Below are positions 47,619-57,186 of a DNA stretch of 64,000 nt, piece after piece. The notes under the pieces were generated by a model. The model searched no databases, was not told the origin of the DNA, and saw only the letters and a program-made list of their open reading frames with translations. Origin of the DNA: Acidimicrobiales bacterium (GTDB lineage: Bacteria; Actinomycetota; Acidimicrobiia; Acidimicrobiales; UBA8190); contig DAIRBY010000014.1 in NCBI GenBank assembly GCA_036796975.1, positions 2,793 through 66,792 on the forward strand, in the 5' to 3' direction. How positions within the stretch are numbered: the stretch's first letter is position 1; every line of letters begins with the position of its first letter. The translations under genes and the position numbers were made by a program.

Positions 47619-48944
47619 ATGCACGAGCAGCCCCGACGACACGACATCGGCGACGACGAGGCCACAGGTGGCGTGGGCACTGCGCTGCTCGACCGCCCGG
47701 CGACAGACGACACCGCCGGTGCCGGGCGCAGCGGTCAGCCCGGTTGGCCCCCGCCGCTCGGCAGCGCGGGCGGCGGCGGCTGGCCACCCCCCTCCACGGT
47801 TCCGCCCTGGGCGGCGCCACCACCTCCGTACCGGCGCCCTCCCCGGCCGTGGCTGCGGATCTTCGCCGCCGCCTCGATGGCCGGGCTGGCACTGGCCAGC
47901 GGGATCCTGGGCTTCGTCATCGGCAACCACCCCGGCACGGCCACCACGGGTACGGTCAGCCCGTCCGGCTCGACGGGCAGCCCACAGGGGTCGGGAGCGT
48001 CCCCGTCGGGCTCGACGGGCAACGGCGACCTCGCCTCCGGCGTCGACAAGTGGGTGGTCGACATCAACACCGTGCTCGGCTACCAGAGCGCTCAGGCGGC
48101 CGGGACCGGCATCGTCCTCACCTCGACGGGTGAGGTGCTGACCAACAACCACGTGATCGAGGGGGCCACTCAGATCAGCGTCACGGACGTCGGCAACGGC
48201 CACACCTACAGCGCCACCGTGGTCGGGACCGACGCCTCGGCCGACGTCGCCGTGCTGCAGCTCTCGGGTGCGTCCGGCCTCGTCACCGCCAGCGTGGGTC
48301 GCTCGGCGAACCTCGTCGTGGGCGACGTCGTCACCGCCTTCGGGAACGCCGGGGGCGTCGGGGGGACCCCCAGCCAGTCGAGCGGAGCGGTGACGGCGCT
48401 CGACCAACAGGTCACCGCCTCCGACTCGTTGTCGGGCGCTTCGGAGCAGCTGTCGGGGATGATCCAGACCAGCGCCTCGCTGCAGCCCGGTGACTCAGGC
48501 GGGCCCCTCGTCGACTCGGCAGGGAGGGTGGTCGGCATCGACACCGCCGGCTCGAGCGGATTTCAGTTCCAATCGGGCTCGAGCGCCAACTTCGCCATCC
48601 CCATCGACACCGCCCTGCAGATCGCCAGGCAGATCGAATCGGGCCAGTCGTCCTCGACGGTGCACATCGGGTCGGCTGCCCTCCTGGGCGTCGGCGTCAC
48701 GTCGGCCGGCGGCAACGGCGCGTTGGTGGAGAACGTGATCGCCTCCTCGCCGGCTGCAGCGGCGGGACTGCAGCCCGGTGACGTCATCGACTCCTTGAAC
48801 GGTCAGGACGTGAGCTCGCCGACCGACCTGTCCAGGGTGATGGAGGGCATGCGGCCCGGAGCCGAGACCCAGGTGGGATGGGTGGACGAGTCGGGTCAGC
48901 AGCACACCGCCGCTGTCCGGCTGGCGACGGGACCGCCGGCGTGA
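47619..48944 (+). CDS. PepA/Mtb32A-like S1C serine protease with PDZ domain, Pro-rich N-terminus and TM anchor (paralogue of 11853..13343)
   Basis: Pro-rich region, TM helix (IFAAASMAGLALASGILGFVIG), TNNHVIEG, DVAVLQL, GDSGGPLV, and a PDZ (GLQPGDVIDSLNG). By eye it is ~65% identical to the protein at 11853..13343. Confidence 0.85.
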   Translation: MHEQPRRHDIGDDEATGGVGTALLDRPATDDTAGAGRSGQPGWPPPLGSAGGGGWPPPSTVPPWAAPPPPYRRPPRPWLRIFAAASMAGLALASGILGFVIGNHPGTATTGTVSPSGSTGSPQGSGASPSGSTGNGDLASGVDKWVVDINTVLGYQSAQAAGTGIVLTSTGEVLTNNHVIEGATQISVTDVGNGHTYSATVVGTDASADVAVLQLSGASGLVTASVGRSANLVVGDVVTAFGNAGGVGGTPSQSSGAVTALDQQVTASDSLSGASEQLSGMIQTSASLQPGDSGGPLVDSAGRVVGIDTAGSSGFQFQSGSSANFAIPIDTALQIARQIESGQSSSTVHIGSAALLGVGVTSAGGNGALVENVIASSPAAAAGLQPGDVIDSLNGQDVSSPTDLSRVMEGMRPGAETQVGWVDESGQQHTAAVRLATGPPA

Positions 48945-48969
48945 GCGGGGACGCCCAGGCGGGCGCCGG

Positions 48970-49587
48970 TCAGCCCCGGGGCACCGAGAAGGCGGCGCGC
49001 TCTGATTCCACCACCTCTCGCCAGTGACATCCGTGCAGGTGGTCGTTCACGACCCCCAGGGCCTGCATGGCGGCGTACACGGTGGTGGGCCCGACGAAGA
49101 CGAACCCGTGCCGACGCAACTCGGCGGAGAGCGCCGTGGACTCGGAGGTCGACGACGAGAGGTCGCTCAGGTGCTTCGGCGCCGCCGCCCGCGCCGTTTC
49201 GTGGCTCCAGAGCATCGCCGCCAGGGAGCGTCCCGCCTGGTGCAGCGACACCGTCGCCCGGGCGTTTTTCACCGTGGCGGCGATCTTGCCCCGGTGGCGC
49301 ACGATGGACGCGTCGGTGACGAGCCGCTCGATGTCGCCGTCCCCGAAGCGCGAGACGGCCTCGGGGTCGAACGAGCAGAAGGCTCGCCGGAAACCCTCCC
49401 GCTTGCGAAGGATGGTGAGCCACGACAGGCCCGCCTGGAAGCCTTCGAGGCAGAGTTTCTCGTACACACGGGCTTCGTCCGCCACCGGACGCCCCCACTC
49501 GGCATCGTGGTAGGCCCGGTACTCCGGCGTCGAGGCGCCCCAGGCGCACCGGGCGAGCCCGTCGTCGCCGATGACCAGATCGGTCAC
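48970..49587 (-). CDS. tag: DNA-3-methyladenine glycosylase I
   Basis: RCAWGASTPEYRAYHDAEWGRPV...LCLEGFQAGLSWLTILRKREGFRRAF. The GTG start at 49587 overlaps the stop of the upstream LLM gene (GTGA). Confidence 0.85.
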   Translation of the reverse strand: MTDLVIGDDGLARCAWGASTPEYRAYHDAEWGRPVADEARVYEKLCLEGFQAGLSWLTILRKREGFRRAFCSFDPEAVSRFGDGDIERLVTDASIVRHRGKIAATVKNARATVSLHQAGRSLAAMLWSHETARAAAPKHLSDLSSSTSESTALSAELRRHGFVFVGPTTVYAAMQALGVVNDHLHGCHWREVVESERAAFSVPRG

Positions 49588-50468
49588 CAAGGAGCGTGCT
49601 CGATGGCGGCCAGCTCGTCCATGACCGGTCCGAACGTGGACTCGAGCCACCCCCCCGGATCGGGCCCGACCGCACCGGTGACGAGGGTGGACACGCCGAT
49701 CCGGGCGAACGCCTCAGCGCCCCCGAGCACTTCTTTCGGCCCGGCACCGGGCGGGAGCTCCCGGTACATGGCCGTCACCTCGATCTCCTTCGGGTCCCGG
49801 CCCACGGCGTCGCAGTGGCGCCGCAGCACCTCGAGCTTGCGGGCGACGTCGTCGGGCCCGCCGAAGATGTTGCAGGCGTCGGCGTACCGGGCGACGAGCC
49901 GCAAGGTCTTGCGTTCGCCGCTGCCGCCGATCAACAGCCGGGGGCGGGGGCGGCTGACCGGCTGCGGTGCGCAGATCGTCTCGGCCAGCTGGTAGTGCCG
50001 TCCCTCAAAGGGCCCGTCGTTCCCGCTCCACATCTGCAGACAGATCTGGATGGCCTCTTCGAGCCTCTCGAAGCGCTCGCCCGTGGGCGGGAAGGGCACG
50101 CCGAGACCGCGATGCTCACGCTCGTACCAGGCAGCGCCGATCCCGAGCTCGGCCCGGCCCTGTGAGAGCACGTCCAAGGTCGTGACGATCTTGGCCAGCA
50201 GACCCGGATGCCGGTAGCTCACCCCGGTCACGAGCAGACGCAGCCGGAGACGGCTGGTCACGCCGGCCACGAAGCCGAGCGCGGTGTAGCCCTCGAGCAT
50301 GGGGTCCTGTGCCGGCGCCATCCAGTCCATCTGGAAGTAGTGGTCCATGAACGACTGGGTCTTCACGCCGATGGCCTCCGCCCGTCGAGCCAGGTCGGCG
50401 ACGCCGGGGCCGATGCCCGACGGACCGCCGGCCCAGTCGAAGCGATGCACGTGCAGATCCAGTTCCAT
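49584..50468 (-). CDS. LLM-class F420-dependent oxidoreductase
   Basis: 294 aa. [57 protein letters not shown], and [10 protein letters not shown] are typical of the luciferase-like monooxygenase family. Confidence 0.85.
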   Translation of the reverse strand: MELDLHVHRFDWAGGPSGIGPGVADLARRAEAIGVKTQSFMDHYFQMDWMAPAQDPMLEGYTALGFVAGVTSRLRLRLLVTGVSYRHPGLLAKIVTTLDVLSQGRAELGIGAAWYEREHRGLGVPFPPTGERFERLEEAIQICLQMWSGNDGPFEGRHYQLAETICAPQPVSRPRPRLLIGGSGERKTLRLVARYADACNIFGGPDDVARKLEVLRRHCDAVGRDPKEIEVTAMYRELPPGAGPKEVLGGAEAFARIGVSTLVTGAVGPDPGGWLESTFGPVMDELAAIEHAPW

Positions 50469-50588
50469 GGTCCCGGTCTACCCGCTCAGGGCCGAGGCCG
50501 CGCCGACTCGCCGGAGGTAGCTTCGACGCATGGCGGAGACGGCGCCGCAGGGCCTGTTCGGCACAGCCCGCTCCGCGCTGTTGCGGGC

Positions 50589-52637
50589 GTGACGGTCGTC
50601 GACGCCGAGCCCCCGGCGCTGGAGCGGCGCCGCATCCTGGTGATCATCGGCGCCCTGCTCCTCGGGATGCTGCTCGCCGCGCTGGACCAGACCATCGTCG
50701 CCACCGCGCTCCCGACCATCGCCGGCGATCTCCATGGCCTTTCGCAGTTGTCGTGGGTGGTCACGGCCTACATCCTCGCTTCCACCGCCTCGACACCGCT
50801 GTGGGGAAAACTCGGTGACCTCTACGGCCGCAAGGTCTTCTTCCAGGCGGCCATCGTCGTGTTCCTGGTGGGATCGGTGCTGTCGGGGCTGAGCACCTCC
50901 ATGGCCGAACTCGTCGCCTTCCGGGCCCTGCAGGGGATCGGTGGCGGCGGGCTGTTCGTCGGCGCCCAGGCCATCGTCGGCGACGTGGTCTCCCCCCGTG
51001 ACCGCGGCCGGTACCAGGGGGTCTTCGGCTCGGTGTTCGGGGTGGCGAGCGTGCTCGGCCCGCTCATCGGGGGCTTCTTCGTGGACCACCTCAGCTGGCG
51101 CTGGGTGTTCTACATCAACCTGCCCATCGGGATCGTGGCCCTGGCCGTGACGGCCGCCGTCCTTCCCGGCACGAGGGTGCGACGGCAGCACGTCATCGAC
51201 TACACGGGCACGGTCGTCCTCGCCGGTGCCGCTACCGCCCTGGTCCTCCTCACCACGCTGGGCGGCATCACCTTTGCGTGGGCGTCGGCACCGATCGTGG
51301 GGCTCGGCATCGGGGCGGTCGCGCTGCTCGGGGTGTTCGTCGCCGTGGAGCGGCGCTCCACCGAGCCGGTCATGCCCCTGCGGCTCTTCTCCAACCGCAT
51401 CTTCTCGACCTCGAGCGCGGTGGGGTTCGTGGTGGGGTTCGGCATGTTCGGCGCCATCACCTATCTCCCGCAGTACATGCAGGTGGTTCGGGGCGTCTCG
51501 CCCACCCTGTCGGGGCTCGAGCTGCTGCCGCTCATGGCCGGGCTGCTCCTCACCTCCATGGCCTCGGGGCTGCTCATCACCCGATTCGGCCGGTATCGCA
51601 TCTTCCCGATCCTCGGCACCGGGATCATGACCCTCGGCATGTACCTCTTGTCGATGCTCGGCGTGGGGACCTCGACGCTGGGCAGCTCGCTGTTCATGTT
51701 CGTCCTGGGCGTAGGCATCGGCGGGGTGCTCCAGGTGCTCGTCATCGCCGTGCAGAACGCCGTGCCCTACGCCGACCTCGGGGTGGCGACCTCGGGCGCC
51801 ACGTTCTTCCGATCCATCGGCGGCTCGTTCGGCACCGCCGTCTTCGGCGCCGTCTTCACCAACCGGCTCACCGTCGAGCTCCGTCACACCCTGGCCGGCG
51901 TCACGCTCCCGCCCGGGTTCAGAGCCCTGTCGGGCGCCAGCCCCGCCGCCCTGAAGCGCCTGCCCCCGGCCGTGCACAGCGGCTTCGTCCACGCCTTCGC
52001 CGCCGCCTTGCACACCGTCTTCCTGGTGGCGGTGCCCGTCGCCGCCGTGGCCTTCGCGCTCAGCTGGCTGCTCAAGGAGATCCCCCTCCGCCAGGCGGCC
52101 AGCCGTCCCGACCCGGCACAGACGCTCGGGCCCAACGCCATCCCGGCGGCCCGCGAGGGCCACGACGAGATCGCCCGGGTGCTCTCGCTCCTGGCCAGCC
52201 GAGAGGATGCCGTCAAGGTGTACGAAGACCTGGCGCGCCGGGCGTCGTTGCCGCTCGATCCCCGCTCCACCTGGGTCCTGCTCCGCCTGCAGGACCGGTC
52301 GCAGCTCGATCTGTCCGCCCTGGCCGGCCAGGTGGCGATTCCGGTGGACCAGCTGGCCCCGCTGTTCGGACCGCTTGCCGAGGGGGGGTTCCTCAGCCTC
52401 GAGCACCTGGACGGGACGCCGGTGGTGGCCCGTCTGACCCCGAGCGGGGAAACGGCCATCGACCGGCTCGTGGCGGCCCGACGGGAAGGGCTCGCCGAAT
52501 GGCTGGGGTCGTGGTCCACCGAGCTCGACGAGCAGCTCGCCCACAAGATGCGCCAACTGGCGCGCGACCTCCTGCGCGACCCCGGGCGCCGGGCCGAGCT
52601 CCTGTCAGCGGCCCGGGCGACCCAAGCCTCCGCATAG
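50589..52637 (+). CDS. DHA2-family (EmrB/QacA-type, 14-TM) MFS transporter fused to a C-terminal MarR-like winged-helix domain
   Basis: GTG start at 50589. [21 protein letters not shown] and [10 protein letters not shown] are DHA2 motifs. After the last TM come ~170 aa: [72 protein letters not shown], which fits the MarR wHTH pattern. Confidence 0.8.
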   Translation: MTVVDAEPPALERRRILVIIGALLLGMLLAALDQTIVATALPTIAGDLHGLSQLSWVVTAYILASTASTPLWGKLGDLYGRKVFFQAAIVVFLVGSVLSGLSTSMAELVAFRALQGIGGGGLFVGAQAIVGDVVSPRDRGRYQGVFGSVFGVASVLGPLIGGFFVDHLSWRWVFYINLPIGIVALAVTAAVLPGTRVRRQHVIDYTGTVVLAGAATALVLLTTLGGITFAWASAPIVGLGIGAVALLGVFVAVERRSTEPVMPLRLFSNRIFSTSSAVGFVVGFGMFGAITYLPQYMQVVRGVSPTLSGLELLPLMAGLLLTSMASGLLITRFGRYRIFPILGTGIMTLGMYLLSMLGVGTSTLGSSLFMFVLGVGIGGVLQVLVIAVQNAVPYADLGVATSGATFFRSIGGSFGTAVFGAVFTNRLTVELRHTLAGVTLPPGFRALSGASPAALKRLPPAVHSGFVHAFAAALHTVFLVAVPVAAVAFALSWLLKEIPLRQAASRPDPAQTLGPNAIPAAREGHDEIARVLSLLASREDAVKVYEDLARRASLPLDPRSTWVLLRLQDRSQLDLSALAGQVAIPVDQLAPLFGPLAEGGFLSLEHLDGTPVVARLTPSGETAIDRLVAARREGLAEWLGSWSTELDEQLAHKMRQLARDLLRDPGRRAELLSAARATQASA

Positions 52638-52691
52638 CATCCTCCTGGACGGCTCCGTCGGAGCAGGCCGGAGGGCGACGGGAGGACCACC

Positions 52692-53216
52692 ATGGCCACG
52701 GAAACCGAGCGGGCGATCCTCGCCGGAGGCTGCTTCTGGGGGATGCAGGACCTCATCCGCAAGCTGCCCGGGGTCGTCTCCACCCGAGTCGGCTACAGCG
52801 GCGGCGACGTACCCAACGCCACGTACCGCCACCACGGGACCCACGCCGAGGCGGTCGAGATCATCTTCGACCCCACAACGATCTCCTACCGGGACCTGCT
52901 CGAGTTCTTCTTCCAGGTGCACGACCCCACGACGAAGAACCGCCAGGGCAACGACATCGGCACCAGCTACCGCTCGGCCATCTTCTACACGACCGACGAG
53001 CAGAAGCGGGTCGCCGAGGACACCATCGCCGACGTGGACGCGTCGGGTCTGTGGCCCGGCAAAGTGGTGACCGAGGTGGCCGCCGCCGGCCCCTTCTGGG
53101 AGGCCGAGCCCGAGCACCAGGACTACCTGCTCAAGTACCCCGACGGCTACACCTGTCACTTCGTCCGGCCCGGCTGGAAGCTGCCCCGCGGCGCCGACAC
53201 CGGCGCCCCGGGCTGA
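52692..53216 (+). CDS. msrA: peptide-methionine (S)-S-oxide reductase
   Basis: [12 protein letters not shown] (GCFWG active site), GYSGG, HAEAV, and [11 protein letters not shown]. Confidence 0.95.
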   Translation: MATETERAILAGGCFWGMQDLIRKLPGVVSTRVGYSGGDVPNATYRHHGTHAEAVEIIFDPTTISYRDLLEFFFQVHDPTTKNRQGNDIGTSYRSAIFYTTDEQKRVAEDTIADVDASGLWPGKVVTEVAAAGPFWEAEPEHQDYLLKYPDGYTCHFVRPGWKLPRGADTGAPG

Positions 53217-53218
53217 GC

Positions 53219-53845
53219 TCAGTCCTCCAGCGGCCCCGGATAGGCGGCCTCGGCGCGCTCCGCGAACCGCTTGATCGAGTGGCGGATCGCCAGCAGCACC
53301 ACCACCACCGCGACCAGGGCCACGAGGCCGACGGCGAGGTTGATGGTGCCGGACTCCCGCATGATCGTGGATCCCGCGAAATAGGCGGCCGTGGTGTAGA
53401 TCGCCGCCCACACCACGCCCCCCGAGGCGTTGGCGACGAGGAATTCTCGCCACCGCATCCGGCTCGTGCCGGCCAGGAAGGCGGCATAGGTGCGCAGGAT
53501 GGACACGAAGCGGCCGAAGAAGACGACGAGGGTCCCCCGCTGGTCGAAGAGGTAACGCGCCACCTTGAGCTTGTGCTCGTCGAGCCGCACGTAGCGCCCA
53601 TAGCGGCGCGCCAGGGGGTAACCACCCTTGTCGCCGATCCAGTAGCCGATGTTGTCGCCCACGATGGCCCCCGCAGAGGCCACCAGGAAGATGAGCAGCG
53701 GGTGCAGGTGATGGGTCCGGCCGGCGTAGGCGCCGGCGACGATGAGGGTGGTCTCGCCCGGGAGCGGAACGCCCAGGCTCTCGATGCCGACGAGGGCGAA
53801 GACGGCCAGGTACCCGTAGTCGTGGATCAGCTGGTCGATGGACAT
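53219..53845 (-). CDS. DedA-family membrane protein
   Basis: ATG at 53845. YGYLAVFALVGIESLGVPLPGETTLIVAG, GDNIGYWIG, and FGRFVSILRTYAAFLAG. Confidence 0.85.
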   Translation of the reverse strand: MSIDQLIHDYGYLAVFALVGIESLGVPLPGETTLIVAGAYAGRTHHLHPLLIFLVASAGAIVGDNIGYWIGDKGGYPLARRYGRYVRLDEHKLKVARYLFDQRGTLVVFFGRFVSILRTYAAFLAGTSRMRWREFLVANASGGVVWAAIYTTAAYFAGSTIMRESGTINLAVGLVALVAVVVVLLAIRHSIKRFAERAEAAYPGPLED

Positions 53846-53992
53846 GTGATGGTGCCGATGGCCGACCCCGGGGCGCTCTGCGGGTAGCCCACGTACTAGC
53901 AGGCCGCCGGTCGACCCCTCGGTTCCGCCTGTTTCGGGCCCCGCCGATCGGGCAACCTGAAGGCAGCGAAACGCACGAGGAAGGGGCCCACC

Positions 53993-54796
53993 GTGGCACA
54001 GGCAGCGGGGCGGGCCGGGGCGCCGGACGAAGGCCGCACGGCGGGCACACCGGTGATGCCGGAGGTCGTCGACCGAGAGACGTTCCAGGGCCGGCTGGAC
54101 GGGATCCGGACCCGGGAGAAGGCGCACACCCGGGAGGGTGATGCCATCGCCGCCGCCCGGCGCCGCCTTCCCATGGTGGAGGTCGACTCCTCGCTGCCGC
54201 TCATCGGCCCCGATGGTGCGGTGAGCCTCCTCGACACCTTCGAAGGGCGCCGCCAGCTCATCGCCTACTACTTCATGTGGTACCCGGGCCGGCCCGCCCC
54301 CGAGCAGTGCGAGGGCTGCACCTTCTACACCACCCAGGTGGCAGAGCTCTCCGCTCTGCACTCGCGTGACATCACCTTCGCCGTCTTCTGCCAGGGCCCG
54401 TTCGAGGAAAGCGTCCGCTACCGCGACTTCATGGGCTGGAGCATGCCGTGGTACTCGGCGCAGGCCTCGCTGGACTCGCTGCTGGTGGGCCGTCAGATCG
54501 GCCTGTTCCACCTGATGTGCTACCTGCGAGAGGGTGACAGCGTCTTCGAGACCTACTGGACGACGCGTCGCGGCGTGGAGGCGATGGACGCCAGCTACGC
54601 CCTCATGGACCTCACCGTGTACGGGCGTCAGGAGGCCTGGGAGGACTCGCCGCCCGGCTGGCCCCAGGAGTGCACCAACACCCGGACCGACGCCGGCGCT
54701 CCACAGTGGCCGCCCGTGTCGGTGTGGCCGGGCGGACGCCCCATCGCCCAGTGGCCCCGGCTCGACGCGGGACGTTCCGACGACCTCGGCGGCTGA
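53993..54796 (+). CDS. DUF899 thioredoxin-like protein
   Basis: REKAHTREGDAIAAARRRLPMVEV...LIAYYFMW...CEGCTF...FETYWTTRRGVE. An alternative start is ATG 54056. Confidence 0.8.
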   Translation: MAQAAGRAGAPDEGRTAGTPVMPEVVDRETFQGRLDGIRTREKAHTREGDAIAAARRRLPMVEVDSSLPLIGPDGAVSLLDTFEGRRQLIAYYFMWYPGRPAPEQCEGCTFYTTQVAELSALHSRDITFAVFCQGPFEESVRYRDFMGWSMPWYSAQASLDSLLVGRQIGLFHLMCYLREGDSVFETYWTTRRGVEAMDASYALMDLTVYGRQEAWEDSPPGWPQECTNTRTDAGAPQWPPVSVWPGGRPIAQWPRLDAGRSDDLGG

Positions 54797-54809
54797 CGCC
54801 GACGATCGA

Positions 54810-55682
54810 TCAGTCGGACAGCGGCACCACCTCGAACTGGGCGATCCGGTCCTCGTCCGCAGTCACGACGAGGGCGGTGATGCGCCCGTCGACCACCGTG
54901 AACTCGATGATGCTGCGGATACGCCCGCCCGGCGCCCAGGCCAGGGCAGGAAGGCCGTTGGCGAGCACGAGACGAGTTCCGCGTGCCCCTCCGCTCACCG
55001 CCGCCGCCACCTCTCTCGCTCCTCGCGTCTCGGGCCTCGACCCCATCCGCAGCGCAGCCTGGTCGGGATGCAGCACGGCGTCGGGGTGCAAGAGACGCAC
55101 CAGGGCCTCGAAGTCGCCGGCTCGTGCCGCCCGCAGAAACGCCTCCACGAGGCTGCGGTGCTGGGCCACGTCCACCGCCGGCAGCGCCTGGGTCCCTCGC
55201 ACCCGGCGGCGGCCCCGGCTGGCGAGCTGTCTCGCCGCCTGCGGCGATCGGTCCAGGATCTCGCCGATGGCGTCGAAGGGGACGGCGAACACGTCGTGGA
55301 GCACGAAGGCGACCCGCTCCTCCGGCGCCATCGAATCGAGGACCACCATCAGGGCGGCACCGACGGAGTCCGCCACGACGGCAGCCCGAGCCGGGTCGTG
55401 CTCCACCGCCGGGTCCTCGTGCTCTGCAGCCTCGGCGTCGGAGACGATCTCTGCGTGCCAACTGCGGGACTTGAGTCGATCGAGGCACACCCGGCCGGTC
55501 ACGGTGGTGAGCCACCCGGACAAGTTCTCGACGGCGGCGGGATCCACCCGCATGAGGCGCAGCCACGCCTCCTGGACGGCGTCCTCGGCCTCGGGCCGGG
55601 AACCGAGCATGCGGTAGGCGATGCCCTCGAGGCGCGACCGGTCGGCTTCGAACTGCCTCGCCACCCACTCCAGCTCTTCCAT
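54810..55682 (-). CDS. ECF sigma factor, SigI/SigJ-like, with fused C-terminal NTF2/SnoaL-like domain (paralogue of 45105..45992)
   Basis: MEELEWVARQFEADRSRLEGIAYRMLGS, DAVQEAWLRL, WLTTVTGRVCLDRLKSRS, ERVAFVLHDVFAVPFDAIGEILDRSPQAARQLASRGRRRV, then a C-terminal extension. Confidence 0.85.
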   Translation of the reverse strand: MEELEWVARQFEADRSRLEGIAYRMLGSRPEAEDAVQEAWLRLMRVDPAAVENLSGWLTTVTGRVCLDRLKSRSWHAEIVSDAEAAEHEDPAVEHDPARAAVVADSVGAALMVVLDSMAPEERVAFVLHDVFAVPFDAIGEILDRSPQAARQLASRGRRRVRGTQALPAVDVAQHRSLVEAFLRAARAGDFEALVRLLHPDAVLHPDQAALRMGSRPETRGAREVAAAVSGGARGTRLVLANGLPALAWAPGGRIRSIIEFTVVDGRITALVVTADEDRIAQFEVVPLSD

Positions 55683-55694
55683 GGTGCGCCGGGC

Positions 55695-56051
55695 TCAGCT
55701 GTCCTGGACGAGTCCGAGGACGTTGCCGTCGGGGTCGGTGAACGCCGCCACCAGGCGACCGCCCCCCACGGCGTGCGGCGGCTCTTTCACGGTGGCGCCC
55801 GCCGCGGTCACCTCGGCCAGCTTGGCCTCGATGTCGGGCACGTGCCAGTAGGCGACCGGCGAGGTCATGCCCTGCGGCCCACCGGCGGGCACCAGCCCGA
55901 TGTGCTGGCCAGCGGTCTCATAGCCCACGTAGTAGGGCCCGTCGGCCTGCGGCTCCACACCGAGCAGGGCGCTGTACACGGCCTTGGCCGCCTCCAGGTC
56001 GGACACAGGATGCAGCACGGTCTTGATTCCTTCGGTCGAAGAGGGGGTCAT
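55695..56051 (-). CDS. VOC (glyoxalase-like) family protein, first gene of the VOC-ECF operon
   Basis: 118 aa. VLHPVSDLEAAKAVYSALLG...VAAFTDPDGNVLGLVQ. It ends 12 nt upstream of the sigma start. Confidence 0.85.
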   Translation of the reverse strand: MTPSSTEGIKTVLHPVSDLEAAKAVYSALLGVEPQADGPYYVGYETAGQHIGLVPAGGPQGMTSPVAYWHVPDIEAKLAEVTAAGATVKEPPHAVGGGRLVAAFTDPDGNVLGLVQDS

Positions 56052-56107
56052 GGTCGGCTCCTGGGGTCGTGGGGCGTCGAGCCCACTGTCGTCTCGTCAG
56101 GGGGTAT

Positions 56108-56134
56108 GACGAAAGCCAGCGGGGGAATGTGACC
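56108..56134 (-). promoter_or_regulatory. ECF41-type promoter (GGTCACA-N16-CGTC) upstream of the VOC-ECF sigma operon
   Basis: The minus strand reads GGTCACA (56134..56128), 16 nt (TTCCCCCGCTGGCTTT), then CGTC (56111..56108). It lies ~57 nt before the VOC ATG at 56051. Confidence 0.55.
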
Positions 56135-56166
56135 GGGTCGGTGCTTCCGGCCTGGCCGGAAGGCCC

Positions 56167-56386
56167 ATGCGCCGACAGATCATCGGTTTCCACCGGGACG
56201 AGGAGGGCGACTGGGTCGCCGAGCCGGACTGTCTGCATGCCCAGCACGTCTGCCACCGCCCGCCGTTCCGAGGTGTGGCCGTGGGTGACGACCGATGCCG
56301 GTCGAGCCGGACGCCTCGGCTCCGAGCTCGACTGCCCTCTGTGCGATGGCGCCGAGCTCCCCGAGCGACGGGGAATGTGCGGTTGA
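56167..56386 (+). pseudogene. DUF3565-like small Cys/His protein interrupted by a +1 frameshift
   Basis: The frame from ATG 56167 gives MRRQIIGFHRDEEGDWVAEPDCLHAQHVCHRPPF. The rest of the family pattern (EVWPWVTTDAGRAGRLGSELDCPLCDGAELPE, stop at 56384..56386) is in the next frame. One extra base lies at about 56269 (TTC-C-GAG). Confidence 0.6.
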
Positions 56387-56406
56387 GCGGAGACGTTGGG
56401 TGGGCA

Positions 56407-57075
56407 GTGACGACGGTCGGACTCATCGGAAGCGGACATATCGGAGGCACGGTGGCCAGGCTGGCTGTTGCTGCCGGGCACCGGGTGGTCCTGAGCAATT
56501 CTCGGGGCCCGGACACCCTCCTCGCACTGGCAGCCGAACTGGGACCGCGAGCTCGGGCGGCGACCGTGCACAACGCTGCCACCACAGCCGACATCGTCCT
56601 GGTCTCGATCCCGGTGAAGGCCTACCCGGGATTGTCCGGCCAGCCCCTGGCCGGAAAGGTCGTGATGGACACCGGCAACTACTACCCGCAGCGAGACGGG
56701 CCGCTGCCCGAGCTCGACAGTCGGTCGCTGACCGAGAGCGAGTATCTGCTCCGCTCCCTCCCGGGCGCCGAGGTGGTGAAGGTCTTCAACAACATCATGT
56801 TCAAGCACCTCCTCAACCTGGCACGCCCCCCCGGCGCTGCCGATCGCTCGTCTCTCCCCATCGCCGGGGACAGCGCCACCGCCAAGGCCACGGTCTCGGA
56901 GTTTCTCGACTCGATCGGCTACGGGACCGTCGACGCCGGCCCCCTGGCCGAAGGATGGCGACAGCAGCCGGGCACACCGGTGTACGGCACCCCCTACGGC
57001 CCGTTCGACGACGAGCTGGGCACCCCTGCCGGCGCCGAACCCATCCGCGCCGCGCTGGCCGCGGCAAGGCGCTGA
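56407..57075 (+). CDS. NADP oxidoreductase, coenzyme-F420-dependent family (NpdG-like NAD(P)-binding protein)
   Basis: GTG start at 56407. VTTVGLIGSGHIGGTVARLAVAAGHRVVLSNSRGP is a Rossmann GxGxxG. VVKVFNN and IAGDSATAKATVSEFLDSIGY follow. The 302-aa ORF-track entry (56167..57075) is a chimera with the frameshifted upstream gene. Confidence 0.75.
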   Translation: MTTVGLIGSGHIGGTVARLAVAAGHRVVLSNSRGPDTLLALAAELGPRARAATVHNAATTADIVLVSIPVKAYPGLSGQPLAGKVVMDTGNYYPQRDGPLPELDSRSLTESEYLLRSLPGAEVVKVFNNIMFKHLLNLARPPGAADRSSLPIAGDSATAKATVSEFLDSIGYGTVDAGPLAEGWRQQPGTPVYGTPYGPFDDELGTPAGAEPIRAALAAARR

Positions 57076-57186
57076 CGGGCACGAGGCTCAGCGCCCGACG
57101 CGCCGAGCCCTGCCATCGACCCAACGAGCCCGGGCGGACAGGAGGCGTTTAGGCTTCCGGGGCGGGGGACGACAGGAGGAGGCGGC

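Noticed and set aside
50514-50528. The 10-mer GGAGGTAGCT occurs three times (50514, 59824, 62175), twice extended to GGAGGTAGCTTCG. I considered a shared regulatory or RNA motif.
   Set aside because: The flanks do not align and the downstream contexts differ (a uORF, an intergenic region, and an ORF interior without a start). With only three short hits I cannot separate this from SD-like chance matches without a genome-wide count.
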